DNA of 64,000 nt, taken from Macrostomum lignano (lineage: Eukaryota). The position numbers and the translations under genes were made by a program. The DNA is taken from NCBI GenBank assembly GCA_002269645.1, contig NIVC01003547.1, positions 1 through 64,000 on the forward strand, in the 5' to 3' direction. Of the stretch, positions 13,085 to 24,051 are shown one piece after another (within the stretch, counting starts at the first letter, position 1; every line of letters begins with the position of its first letter). Below the pieces are notes generated by a model. That model ran no database searches. It worked only from the letters and a program-made list of their open reading frames with translations, and was not told the DNA's origin.

Positions 13085-14518
13085 ATGGCCGCCAGCGGAA
13101 ATGCCAGCATTGCTGGCCTCAACCTTACCAATCCGCTCGGAGAAGACCTCTTGCAGATCTACCAGTGCACACTCACCGAGGAACTCGCCCGCAAAAACCT
13201 GGCCTTCTGTCAGGACTTTCTCACCAACCAGATGCTTGGCCGCAGTTTGCATGTCAAAGTGCCACTGGTGCTGCTGTTCTGTCTCCTATTCAGTGTCGGG
13301 TTTGTCGGCAATTGCCTGGTCATTCTCAGCGTGGCTCTGTTCCCGGCAATGCGATCCAGAACAAACATGTTCCTGCTGAACCTGGCCATCAGCGATGTGC
13401 TCGTCTTCGTAGTCTGCCTACCGCTCACTGCCTACAACATCGTCAACTCGCGCTGGATATTCGGGGCTGCGCTGTGCAAACTGGCTCCGTTTGTGCAGGG
13501 CGTCTCTGTGTCTGTTTCAATCTGCTCTCTGGCCTCCATGTCGATTAAACGCTACGTACTCATCCGTTTCCCCATGACGGCCAAGGGGGCGCTTACGAAC
13601 CGCGCCATGTGCCTGTGGCTGGCCGGCATCTGGCTGCTCTCCATGCTGCTGTGCAGTCCGACACCAATGGCCTACGTGCAAAAGGAGCAGAAAGTCTTCT
13701 GGCTGCTTACTGTACACTCTTGCGTCGAGGACTGGCAGTCGTCGCAAAGTCGCAGAACCGGATACACGCTCTTTCTTTTGTTCGCCCTCTACGTGATCCC
13801 GTTGAGCGCCATGACTGTGTTCTACTGCAAACTCGGCCGTTCTCTGATCGTGTCCACCGCCCGCCTGGCCGAGGGCAGCGCGGCTGCCGCCACCAATCAG
13901 CGAAGCGCCAGAGCGGCCCGACAGAGCCGCATCCGCGCCAGCCGCATGATGGTGGCTCTGCTGGTGTCATTCGCCATCTGCTGGCTGCCCTACCATATCG
14001 TCAATCTGCTCATTGACCTGCGCTATCCTGGAAAGCAGCCCGATCTCATCGATGGGACTGGCATCGCTAATGACACATCGGCGGCGGCCGCCGCGGCCAG
14101 TGCTATTAACAGTCCCAACGATGGCGACGGCTTCCTTGTGACGGCCCTGCTGCCTCTGGCAACGCTGCTCGGCTTTGCTAACAGTGCCATCAATCCCATC
14201 TGCCTAGTGCTGGTGAGCTCAAAGTTCAAGACGTACTTTCGCCTGATAGTGACGCTCCGCTGCTCCGCCGATGATCAGTCAACCCGCGCCAGGGCCGAGC
14301 GGGCCCAGATGTATTCGCTGCATTCGCGCACCCACCCAGCCTCGCTGCGCTATCGGGAGCCGGGCTCGCCAACGGCAGCCAAATCCGAAGCCGCCTCCGT
14401 CTCTGCCATCGCCACCGAAGCGCTGGTGGCAGCCACTGTCTACGAGGAACCGATTGAGAAAGAAGCCGAACTTCAGGCCCAGCACACGCTTCTGCGTCAC
14501 GAGAGCGATGAGGACTAA
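13085..14518 (+). CDS. Intronless class A (rhodopsin-like) GPCR, neuropeptide-receptor type, 477 aa
   Basis: Likely start is ACCATGG at 13085, in frame with track ORF 12824..14518; the upstream part is AT-rich and not protein-like. Seven hydrophobic segments carry GN (TM1), NLAISD (TM2), WIFG..LCK, KRY, CVEDW (ECL2), YVIPL (TM5), FAICWLP (TM6) and NSAINP (TM7). Confidence 0.93.
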   Translation: MAASGNASIAGLNLTNPLGEDLLQIYQCTLTEELARKNLAFCQDFLTNQMLGRSLHVKVPLVLLFCLLFSVGFVGNCLVILSVALFPAMRSRTNMFLLNLAISDVLVFVVCLPLTAYNIVNSRWIFGAALCKLAPFVQGVSVSVSICSLASMSIKRYVLIRFPMTAKGALTNRAMCLWLAGIWLLSMLLCSPTPMAYVQKEQKVFWLLTVHSCVEDWQSSQSRRTGYTLFLLFALYVIPLSAMTVFYCKLGRSLIVSTARLAEGSAAAATNQRSARAARQSRIRASRMMVALLVSFAICWLPYHIVNLLIDLRYPGKQPDLIDGTGIANDTSAAAAAASAINSPNDGDGFLVTALLPLATLLGFANSAINPICLVLVSSKFKTYFRLIVTLRCSADDQSTRARAERAQMYSLHSRTHPASLRYREPGSPTAAKSEAASVSAIATEALVAATVYEEPIEKEAELQAQHTLLRHESDED

Positions 14519-15176
14519 TGGGAGGAGAAGGACTAATAAGCACAGCTAGGTGGATAAAATGACCCGGAGGAATTGACGATGGAACCGACCAAATTCGCTA
14601 CCATTTTTACCTGTACAGTTTGTTGTTCTTACAGGTGTTCTTATACTATAGAAGCATGTGTACCCATTATGCTGTGATATACGTATTTTTAAGTAACCAT
14701 TCGCAAGAAACTGATATTCTATAGGCTAAATCAGAATAAGCATCTCATTGGCTCAGGCAGCAGCATGCGGATCTATTTCCTTCGGCCCTGCATCTCCAGG
14801 AAGGAACCTAATTACCGAAGCCTATCTCTGGCCCTGCGCTAGCAGACTCGTTAGGGCCTGAGCTGCAATCCTAATTTTTCTTTAGAGCCAAGCCTCGGAG
14901 CTCAACTCCGTACAGATTTCTGAAGCAAGCTCGCTGCTTGCCAATGAAATGCAAATTCACTCAAACTGAGCAGATATGCTCTGCGAGGCGAATCTTTTTT
15001 GCATTGCCCGCGCCTCATCCGCAGAGGTGATCAATTGTGTATCAGCGATTTCTGCTCAGCAGATGTCTCATGCTGCATGCAATATAATTTTGTTTTCAAT
15101 TAGAAGCTGTATGAAGTGAATTTGACAATAATATTACTCAATTTCAATATGCATAATGTAGAAAACTGAACGTTTT

Positions 15177-18172
15177 ATGTTGTATGTTTCTGTTTTTCTG
15201 TTTGTGAAGTCATGCTGATCTCCCAGACTCTGGGTGACACTGAGGTAAATGTTGTATGTTTCTGTTTTTCTGTTTGTGAAGTCATGCTGATCTCCCAGAC
15301 TCTGGCTGGGTGACACTGAGGTAAATGTTGTATGTTTCTGTTTTTCTGTTTGTGAAGTCATGCTGATCTCCCAGACTCTGGGTGACACTGAGGTAAATGT
15401 TGTATGTTTCTGTTTTTCTGTTTGTGAAGTCATGCTGATCTCCCAGACTCTGGGTGACACTGAGGTAAATGTTGTATGTTTCTGTTTTTCTGTTTGTGAA
15501 GTCATGCTGATCTCCCAGACTCTGGGTGACACTGAGGTAAATGTTGTATGTTTCTGTTTTTCTGTTTGTGAAGTCATGCTGATCTCCCAGACTCTGGGTG
15601 ACACTGAGGTAAATGTTGTATGTTTCTGTTTTTCTGTTTGTGAAGTCATGCTGATCTCCCAGACTCTGGGTGACACTGAGGTAAATGTTGTATGTTTCTG
15701 TTTTTCTGTTTGTGAAGTCATGCTGATCTCCCAGACTCTGGGTGACACTGAGGTAAATGTTGTATGTTTCTGTTTTTCTGTTTGTGAAGTCATGCTGATC
15801 TCCCAGACTCTGGGTGACACTGAGGTAAATGTTGTATGTTTCTGTTTTTCTGTTTGTGAAGTCATGCTGATCTCCCAGACTCTGGGTGACACTGAGGTAA
15901 ATGTTGTATGTTTCTGTTTTTCTGTTTGTGAAGTCATGCTGATCTCCCAGACTCTGGGTGACACTGAGGTAAATGTTGTATGTTTCTGTTTTTCTGTTTG
16001 TGAAGTCATGCTGATCTCCCAGACTCTGGGTGACACTGAGGTAAATGTTGTATGTTTCTGTTTTTCTGTTTGTGAAGTCATGCTGATCTCCCAGACTCTG
16101 GGTGACACTGAGGTAAATGTTGTATGTTTCTGTTTTTCTGTTTGTGAAGTCATGCTGATCTCCCAGACTCTGGGTGACACTGAGGTAAATGTTGTATGTT
16201 TCTGTTTTTCTGTTTGTGAAGTCATGCTGATCTCCCAGACTCTGGGTGACACTGAGGTAAATGTTGTATGTTTCTGTTTTTCTGTTTGTGAAGTCATGCT
16301 GATCTCCCAGACTCTGGCTGGGTGACACTGAGGTAAATGTTGTATGTTTCTGTTTTTCTGTTTGTGAAGTCATGCTGATCTCCCAGACTCTGGGTGACAC
16401 TGAGGTAAATGTTGTATGTTTCTGTTTTTCTGTTTGTGAAGTCATGCTGATCTCCCAGACTCTGGGTGACACTGAGGTAAATGTTGTATGTTTCTGTTTT
16501 TCTGTTTGTGAAGTCATGCTGATCTCCCAGACTCTGGGTGACACTGAGGTAAATGTTGTATGTTTCTGTTTTTCTGTTTGTGAAGTCATGCTGATCTCCC
16601 AGACTCTGGCTGGGTGACACTGAGGTAAATGTTGTATGTTTCTGTTTTTCTGTTTGTGAAGTCATGCTGATCTCCCAGACTCTGGGTGACACTGAGGTAA
16701 ATGTTGTATGTTTCTGTTTTTCTGTTTGTGAAGTCATGCTGATCTCCCAGACTCTGGCTGGGTGACACTGAGGTAAATGTTGTATGTTTCTGTTTTTCTG
16801 TTTGTGAAGTCATGCTGATCTCCCAGACTCTGGGTGACACTGAGGTAAATGTTGTATGTTTCTGTTTTTCTGTTTGTGAAGTCATGCTGATCTCCCAGAC
16901 TCTGGGTGACACTGAGGTAAATGTTGTATGTTTCTGTTTTTCTGTTTGTGAAGTCATGCTGATCTCCCAGACTCTGGGTGACACTGAGGTAAATGTTGTA
17001 TGTTTCTGTTTTTCTGTTTGTGAAGTCATGCTGATCTCCCAGACTCTGGGTGACACTGAGGTAAATGTTGTATGTTTCTGTTTTTCTGTTTGTGAAGTCA
17101 TGCTGATCTCCCAGACTCTGGGTGACACTGAGGTAAATGTTGTATGTTTCTGTTTTTCTGTTTGTGAAGTCATGCTGATCTCCCAGACTCTGGGTGACAC
17201 TGAGGTAAATGTTGTATGTTTCTGTTTTTCTGTTTGTGAAGTCATGCTGATCTCCCAGACTCTGGGTGACACTGAGGTAAATGTTGTATGTTTCTGTTTT
17301 TCTGTTTGTGAAGTCATGCTGATCTCCCAGACTCTGGGTGACACTGAGGTAAATGTTGTATGTTTCTGTTTTTCTGTTTGTGAAGTCATGCTGATCTCCC
17401 AGACTCTGGGTGACACTGAGGTAAATGTTGTATGTTTCTGTTTTTCTGTTTGTGAAGTCATGCTGATCTCCCAGACTCTGGGTGACACTGAGGTAAATGT
17501 TGTATGTTTCTGTTTTTCTGTTTGTGAAGTCATGCTGATCTCCCAGACTCTGGCTGGGTGACACTGAGGTAAATGTTGTATGTTTCTGTTTTTCTGTTTG
17601 TGAAGTCATGCTGATCTCCCAGACTCTGGGTGACACTGAGGTAAATGTTGTATGTTTCTGTTTTTCTGTTTGTGAAGTCATGCTGATCTCCCAGACTCTG
17701 GGTGACACTGAGGTAAATGTTGTATGTTTCTGTTTTTCTGTTTGTGAAGTCATGCTGATCTCCCAGACTCTGGGTGACACTGAGGTAAATGTTGTATGTT
17801 TCTGTTTTTCTGTTTGTGAAGTCATGCTGATCTCCCAGACTCTGGCTGGGTGACACTGAGGTAAATGTTGTATGTTTCTGTTTTTCTGTTTGTGAAGTCA
17901 TGCTGATCTCCCAGACTCTGGGTGACACTGAGGTAAATGTTGTATGTTTCTGTTTTTCTGTTTGTGAAGTCATGCTGATCTCCCAGACTCTGGCTGGGTG
18001 ACACTGAGGTAAATGTTGTATGTTTCTGTTTTTCTGTTTGTGAAGTCATGCTGATCTCCCAGACTCTGGCTGGGTGACACTGAGGTAAATGTTGTATGTT
18101 TCTGTTTTTCTGTTTGTGAAGTCATGCTGATCTCCCAGACTCTGGCTGGGTGACACTGAGGTAAATGTTGTT
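15177..18172. repeat. 72-bp satellite array (~41 units) with a 76-bp variant unit
   Basis: Unit TGTTGTATGTTTCTGTTTTTCTGTTTGTGAAGTCATGCTGATCTCCCAGACTCTGGGTGACACTGAGGTAAA. Nine units carry a 4-bp insertion (CTCTGGCTGGGTG). Confidence 0.98.
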
Positions 18173-18985
18173 GTTTGATTTCAAAAATAGCCATTTTTCA
18201 AGAATAATAGCGGCAGAACTGTTATTGCAATACTCGATGCCGTGAGCAGTTCTCATTTTGTAATCCAGTGTCTAATTCTGTATCTGCGTAACTCAAAGTA
18301 AGACGTCTGTTTGGAAGGGGCGACTGATGACACACGGCCTGCTCTCCTCAGACCAGGCTTGAGTCCGGATTGCGATCCTTGGGGACATAATGGCTATCGT
18401 GCTCGGCCTGATGTCGGCCCCGGCATTCCCACGTCAGCGTCTCGTCATTTTGCGTCATATAAAAATTCATATTTTCATCTCATGGCTATTCTTTGTCATT
18501 TGCATGCAACAGACTGCCCTTTCCCGCCTCTGAATTATCCCAACTGTACTTTTCGAATGTGGATGCAACCCAGCTGTTACGATAATTCATAATTAAGACA
18601 AAGTGACTAAACATTCAATATATCGTAATTCTCTTTATTTTCACTTGTAAATTTTCGTCCGTCATTTTTCGCAAACGAAGTAGTTCTTAGTTTAACTTCT
18701 GTATTTTATTTATCAACTAAAGTCCCTTCTATAATTAAATAAACCACCTACTCGATCTGCAGATATTTTAAGAGTTCATTTTTGTTAATATCGCTCCAGA
18801 GACCTTGAGTTGTCTAGCGCACAATCCAACAAACACACGCATTTATTTAATTATCAAACAAGGACTCCTTAAACCTTAAACCTTAAACCAAGCCGATTTG
18901 AGCATCATCCAGACTTACTGAATGTCCAGAGTTATTGCCATAAATTAACTGCCACTAATTTCGCTGTGGTTGCTTCAAGAATGCT

Positions 18986-20352
18986 TCAGTCAGCCTCCAT
19001 ATGCATGGCTTCGACAGCCTGGCACGCCTTGTTATCCAACATCAACTGGAGGGGCATAAGAAACAGGACGGTAGACTGCTTCTCCACCGCGATGGCGCCC
19101 AGAGTCTGCAGGTAGCGAAGCCGCGCGCCCATCGGCGTGCGCCCGATGACCGCAGCGGCTTCGCGTAACGTCAGGGCGGCCGTCAGCTCGCCCTCCGCTG
19201 CGATCACGCTGGCGTTCGCTTCGCGCTGCGCCTCCGCCTCTACAGCCATGGCGCGCTGCATCAGCACGGGCAGGCGAGCGTCCCGGACTTCGACTCGCTC
19301 TACCTGACATGCAAGAGGCATTGAAGAGGATGAAAATGCATGCTAGATTGCTAACAGTAATACAGAGTGATAAATACACTTGTAAGCTCCTAAACTCAAA
19401 GAAGTCTATTAATGAGGGATCAGGGTTATAAGTCTATTAATTTTTCAAGCCAAATTATACTCCCATAAAATTGTTACAGTTAATGTATAACTCGTACAGT
19501 ATATTACATAGTTTGGCAAGAGATTTCAAAGCCAACACAAGATTTTACTGACAACTTTCTGCTGCTTAGACTGCTCATCAGACTCTAGGGAAAGGCATTG
19601 TGCTCCCCAACTCGCCTTGACTCCCCACGGGTCGGTGGCAGCATCCAGGCTGTCCTGCATAGCCAGCGCGATGGCACCCTTCTCGCTGAGAATCTCGTGC
19701 AGTGACTTGGTGCCCAGCGTGTTGCGCAGCGTTGTCTGCGCCATCAGCCTTGTGGCCCGATGGACGTCGCACACTACAACGCTGGATTTCACCGGGTCGA
19801 ATATTCGGTAGTAGACAACTGCGTCTACCGAGATGGTGACGGAGTCGCGAGTGAGAATCTCCTGCGGTGGAATGTTGAACGTCACTGTGCGCAGGTCCAT
19901 CACGTGAACGCTGTCGATCAGCGCGTGGACGAAATACAAGCCCGGGCCTTGCAAGGTGGCGTTTTATAGCTGTTGTTATCCAGATTTATCAATTACTCAC
20001 CAATGAGCTCACCTCTGGCTCCGCGAACGCGTCCAAACCGGTAAATTACGGCCCGCTCATACTGCTGCACAACTCGAACGCAGAGCCATACGGACAGAGG
20101 AAATGTGAGTACAATGAGTACAGTGCTGCCGGCTACTAGTGCCAGCTGGCATAGCCGGACACCCAGGCTGTTGCTGTCATCACTGACGCCGTCGCGATAC
20201 CCGATGCTCTCACTGCCGTTCTCAATCCAATCACTGGGGAGCTGGTCTGGAAGGTGGAACTAATAGCTGTCGATGTTCTTTTCTGAATATTCTAGCTTGC
20301 ATTCAGCTCTTCCCGACTTTGGAATAAGTGCACACTGTACTTCACTGTCCAT
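18986..20352 (-). CDS. STOM: Stomatin (SPFH/band 7 family), spliced; 5' end unresolved because of an in-frame TAG
   Basis: Exons 20352-20013, 19947-19616 and 19303-18986 total 990 nt and join in frame. The product reads FPLSVWLCVRVVQQYERAVIYRFGR..GPGLYF..DLRTVTFNIPPQEILTRDSVTISVDAVVYYRI..QTTLRNTLGTK..WGVK|VERVEVRD..QRAMAVEAEA..LRYLQTL, collinear with stomatin. The TAG is at 20262-20260. Confidence 0.9.
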
Positions 20353-20614
20353 AACAGGCTCTCAGAATCCTGACCGGACATAGGAACAAGCGCGCATTTC
20401 CATGTTGCATTGCATTTCATTCTTGAGAACTAGACTTCCATGGGAAGCTCGCTCTCTCACTCACCCGGCGCGTTCTGAGCAAGAGCTGAATTGCTATTGC
20501 TTTTGACGATCTAAATGAGAATTCGCCCAATTCAATGTGTTTTTATATCTCAGGGCCACTGGAATATTTAAAAGCAAACAAAGTGTCCGATGGCGGAAAC
20601 AAAACAAAAGTAAC

Positions 20615-20879
20615 TCAGAACTCCTTGAGCGTCAGGAAAGGATTTTCATCGAGTTTCTCAACCAAGAATTCTCTCATTTCCTGATCGGCCTTGCAAAAAT
20701 CCTTTCCGACCACCGCGAGGAAGGGATTCCACTCTGCCATCGAGTCGAAAGTTGGCAGCGATTCGGAATGCGGTTGTTTTCTTGATTTGCAAGATTCTTG
20801 CAGCTCCTGCGATGGATGACCCTTGTTCAATCGCATCAATTAGCCGCTGGCGATCTGCTACAGGAATTGGTGGCACCAT
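20615..20879 (-). pseudogene. IS630/Tc1-mariner-like transposase N-terminal HTH remnant
   Basis: DRQRLIDAIEQGSSIAGAARILQIKKTTAFRIAANFRLDGRVESLPRGG continues after a frameshift as EMREFLVEKLDENPFLTLKEF*. This fits the bipartite HTH pattern recalled for the superfamily. No DDE domain is visible. Confidence 0.55.
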
Positions 20880-21924
20880 TGAATGGGGTCGCTTTCAGGC
20901 TATAAAATCTCAGTCTCATATTTTTCCCATATTGAATGTCCAAAGTTATAGTCTATGGCCAAGCCTCCCTCAGTGGACTTTGCTAAACTGATCAAGTCCA
21001 TGACTAGGGTTGGGATCTGTGGCCTGGCTTGAATGCTATTGTCCAAATTCCCATTCAGATCGTCAAAGCGATACTAAAGCTATGTACGTTTAGCTACAGC
21101 CTGTAATCTTTGCCTCTTGCAGCAAATAAGACTTCACCGTGAAACAATTCCTAGAGCTCACTGAGTAGAAAAGTGGAATATCGCTCACCATTGGAAGCTG
21201 TGGTCAGCAAGGCTGGAATGCCGGCGGCGGAGTCGGTGCCCCGGCTGCTGATCGCTGGTCTCTCCTGCATCGCTTTTCCCAAGTGTGCGCGGGGCAACCT
21301 AAAGAAGCTGGAAATGGCCGGGACAGGCGATGGACAACTTTTCCGACCTGCAGAAGCGCCACCATCAATTTCTTTTGTCGAGCGCATTATATATAGCAGT
21401 GCTGTTGCCCGGTTCAACCTAAACTGTCCGCACTTAACGGAGGAGAAAGTGACGGCTTATGGATGCGGGCACGCTGGCTCCCCCACCTATTCAGGCCTTC
21501 AATCTGTTTTCGCGCTTCCTCCCGGGCGCGTCCGGCCTCGCTATTTTTGCAAAGACTCCCTTTTTCATCATCTTTTGCCCTCAGCTCAATGCCAGGATTT
21601 GGGCCGCCACTCGAGCGAACAAAGCGTTCAGGGCTGCGGAAAATGGGGAAGGGCTGCGACTGCGCCATTCCATCCCCGATGTTTTGCAGGCTGTTGAGAA
21701 AACCTCTGAGCCACTCGCTGCTTGCCTCAAATATTTCTCTAGGGGTTCTGCAGTGTAGTCGTAACCACTGAGCAGTGCTCCCTTATAGTTTTTTGCCTCT
21801 ATTTGGTTCATATTTGCCAGCCAAATTCAGTGCTTTACTGAATTTATATTCAATAAACCAACAAAAGCTACATTGGGTCGCTAGTCTCTTGTGCTCTTTG
21901 ACAGATGGCCCGTGTGAGCTTTTT

Positions 21925-22180
21925 TGCCTGTGACGATTCCGTGCGCACGGCTACAGGCACGAAAAATGACCGCATAAGGAGGTTGTGATGCGATTCAAAG
22001 CCATGAGGGCCAACCCCCAAGGCACAGAGAGTGCTCATGCCTGGCGATTAGAAATTCAAAGGGCCGCTGTACACCCTGTGTGAGCGTGTGTGTGAGTGCG
22101 TGCCTGAGTACAGTATTGGCGCGCTTGTGCCTGTACATGTATGTGCTCAGGGGTCAGCGGAACGGGCTGTTTGCCTCAGC
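21925..22180 (+). mobile_element. SINE family 2, decayed copy
   Basis: Body CCCCAAGGCACAGAG..GGGCCGCTGTACACCCTGTGTGAGCGTGTG..CAGCGGAACGGGCTG is shared with copies at ~30.3, ~43.1 and ~51.6 kb. Confidence 0.75.
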
Positions 22181-22714
22181 GCCAGCCTTCCAGCAAAAAT
22201 TAAAATTTTTAGCTTTAAACGTGTTATTCGATCCCCTTGCTGCCTGTGAAGCTTGCGAACGAATACACAGAGATCTCGAATCAAGTCTTGAGCCTGGAGA
22301 TTGAATTCCTGCGTTGCAGAACAAAAATTCAAGCGTTTCTACTCCCCTCTGATTATATAAGTAGTATAAGTAGCTCTGTCAGGAGCAATCGATGGTGGGT
22401 GCAAATACAAATCGCATATGTCCTGGCTGAATTTGGCCGAGGCCTATCTATTAGCACAGAGGCACTTATAAGTGCAAGAGATATCTTCGAGAAGTATACG
22501 GACGAACAAAATATGAAATATTCTGATATTTTGAAATTGTTATAAACTCCTTTGCAATTGTTGCTGCTTTAGCTCAATTGTTTAAGTGTCATTAATAATC
22601 AATAAAATCTAATTTATTCTGGAGTCGGGTTCTTTCTTCCAAACCTTATCCAGTTTGAAATGGTCTGATTCCGTTTGCATTCACTGACTCCCCCAGGGAC
22701 ACCGAATTTTTTTA

Positions 22715-23095
22715 GTTAGTCATTTTGTAGTTGCTTAAAAGTATCTCAAACTCTGAGCTGGGGGGGGGTCAAGGGGGTCGGCTGACCCACCCAGATAATT
22801 AGGGGGGGTCATGATCCTACGAGAAACAGAATTATTTCGTTCGCTTGCCCTTTCGTAGTTACATTGCTTGAAAGTATCTCAAGCTTAGAGTTTGAACTCA
22901 CTGCCGGAACCATGGGGGTCAAGGGGTCAACTGACCCCCCCCCACCCTGAGAAAATTAAAGGGGGCTGTTGTGACCCCCGGGACAAAAAATTATTTTTCG
23001 TTAGTCTTTTCGTAGTTAAATTGCTTAAAAGTATCTCAAACTCGGAGCTCGAGGGGACTGACCCCCCCCCCCCGGCAAAATCTTGGATCCGGCAC
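22715..23095. repeat. Composite interspersed element with three TTGCTTAAAAGTATCTCAAACTC sub-repeats and G/C runs
   Basis: Sub-repeats at ~22732, ~22866 and ~23019, separated by GGGGGTCA..TGACCCCC motifs. Probably a non-autonomous DNA element; termini are not defined. Confidence 0.55.
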
Positions 23096-23891
23096 TTGCG
23101 CAGGGCAAAGAAGCGCCCCTTGACTAGGATGAAGGCTGTGCTGCTGCTATTTCAGTCAGGCTCGCAATAGCAGCTCTTGCATCTGTCGAGGTAAGCCAAG
23201 CTGCAATCGCTATTCTTAGCAATTTGTGACGAAATCACGAAAAGTTCTAGCAAACCCATGTGTGGAACGGGTTGACTGTACAGCGGGGTGAGGGCGAGGC
23301 TGTACACACAGCTCTTCAAGTGCGCAAGGGGCAGGAATGAGAACTGAGTCAGAAGGGGGGCAACGCAGGCAAAAACAGGCAAATAGCGACGCGGGGGCTT
23401 TGGCAGGAAATCGTTGGGTGTCCTCTGCCCCCTGCCACGCTTCTGAATCTACGAGCGTAGCACCGCCCACACAGAGAGAGGCATGCACAGTACACAAATT
23501 CATATTTCCCATCGCCTCAGTTCCAGTATAGATAGAGTGCAGAGGGTAGCAGCGGAGGGGGTTGAACAGGTTGGCAATGGTGACGGAGGTGGGCGCCTTG
23601 GCAGCTGACTCCCCCTCAGTACACAGGCAGTCTTTCCTCGGACACGCCAAACATTGCAGGACTGAAACTAGCAAGAACCGGTTTCACCCCTGCTGATTCA
23701 GTGCAGGGCAGAGCGCTTTCATTTGAGGGGTTGGCTAGCTGTCTATTTTTAGTATCAGCCTCTGCAGCCAACCAGAACCGAGGCCCGGATTCCCTTATAG
23801 GGTCAGGAGGGGTGGCTGAGCCAGCAAGCCTCACCAGGGGAAGGGGTTGGCCTCATTTCCAACGTGCAGTCCACGAGCAAGGCGAGGTCGA

Positions 23892-23970
23892 TGACTCAGT
23901 GCAGTTGGCTTGAGCTAAATTTAGCATCTGTGCCGCACATCAAGCCAAAGCTCCGCGTCAGAGATATAAA
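23892..23970 (+). promoter_or_regulatory. Putative promoter of the IER-like gene: AP-1 site and TATA box
   Basis: TGACTCA at 23892-23898 and TATAAA at 23965-23970, 82 bp before the ATG at 24052. Confidence 0.55.
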
Positions 23971-24051
23971 GCTAGCCGATTAAGGGAACTGGCCACAAGG
24001 CCTTTCAAAGTTTGCGCTACGCTTGCGACAGGACCTAAAAGATTAGCAGCA

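Noticed and set aside
19545-19585. Hammerhead-like CTGATGAG..GAAA on the minus strand of the stomatin intron
   Set aside because: No convincing stem II, no pyrimidine before GAAA, and no stems I or III.
21151-21771. Overlapping 80-174 aa ORFs, possibly a decayed transposase
   Set aside because: No recognisable motif in any frame; a translated search is needed.
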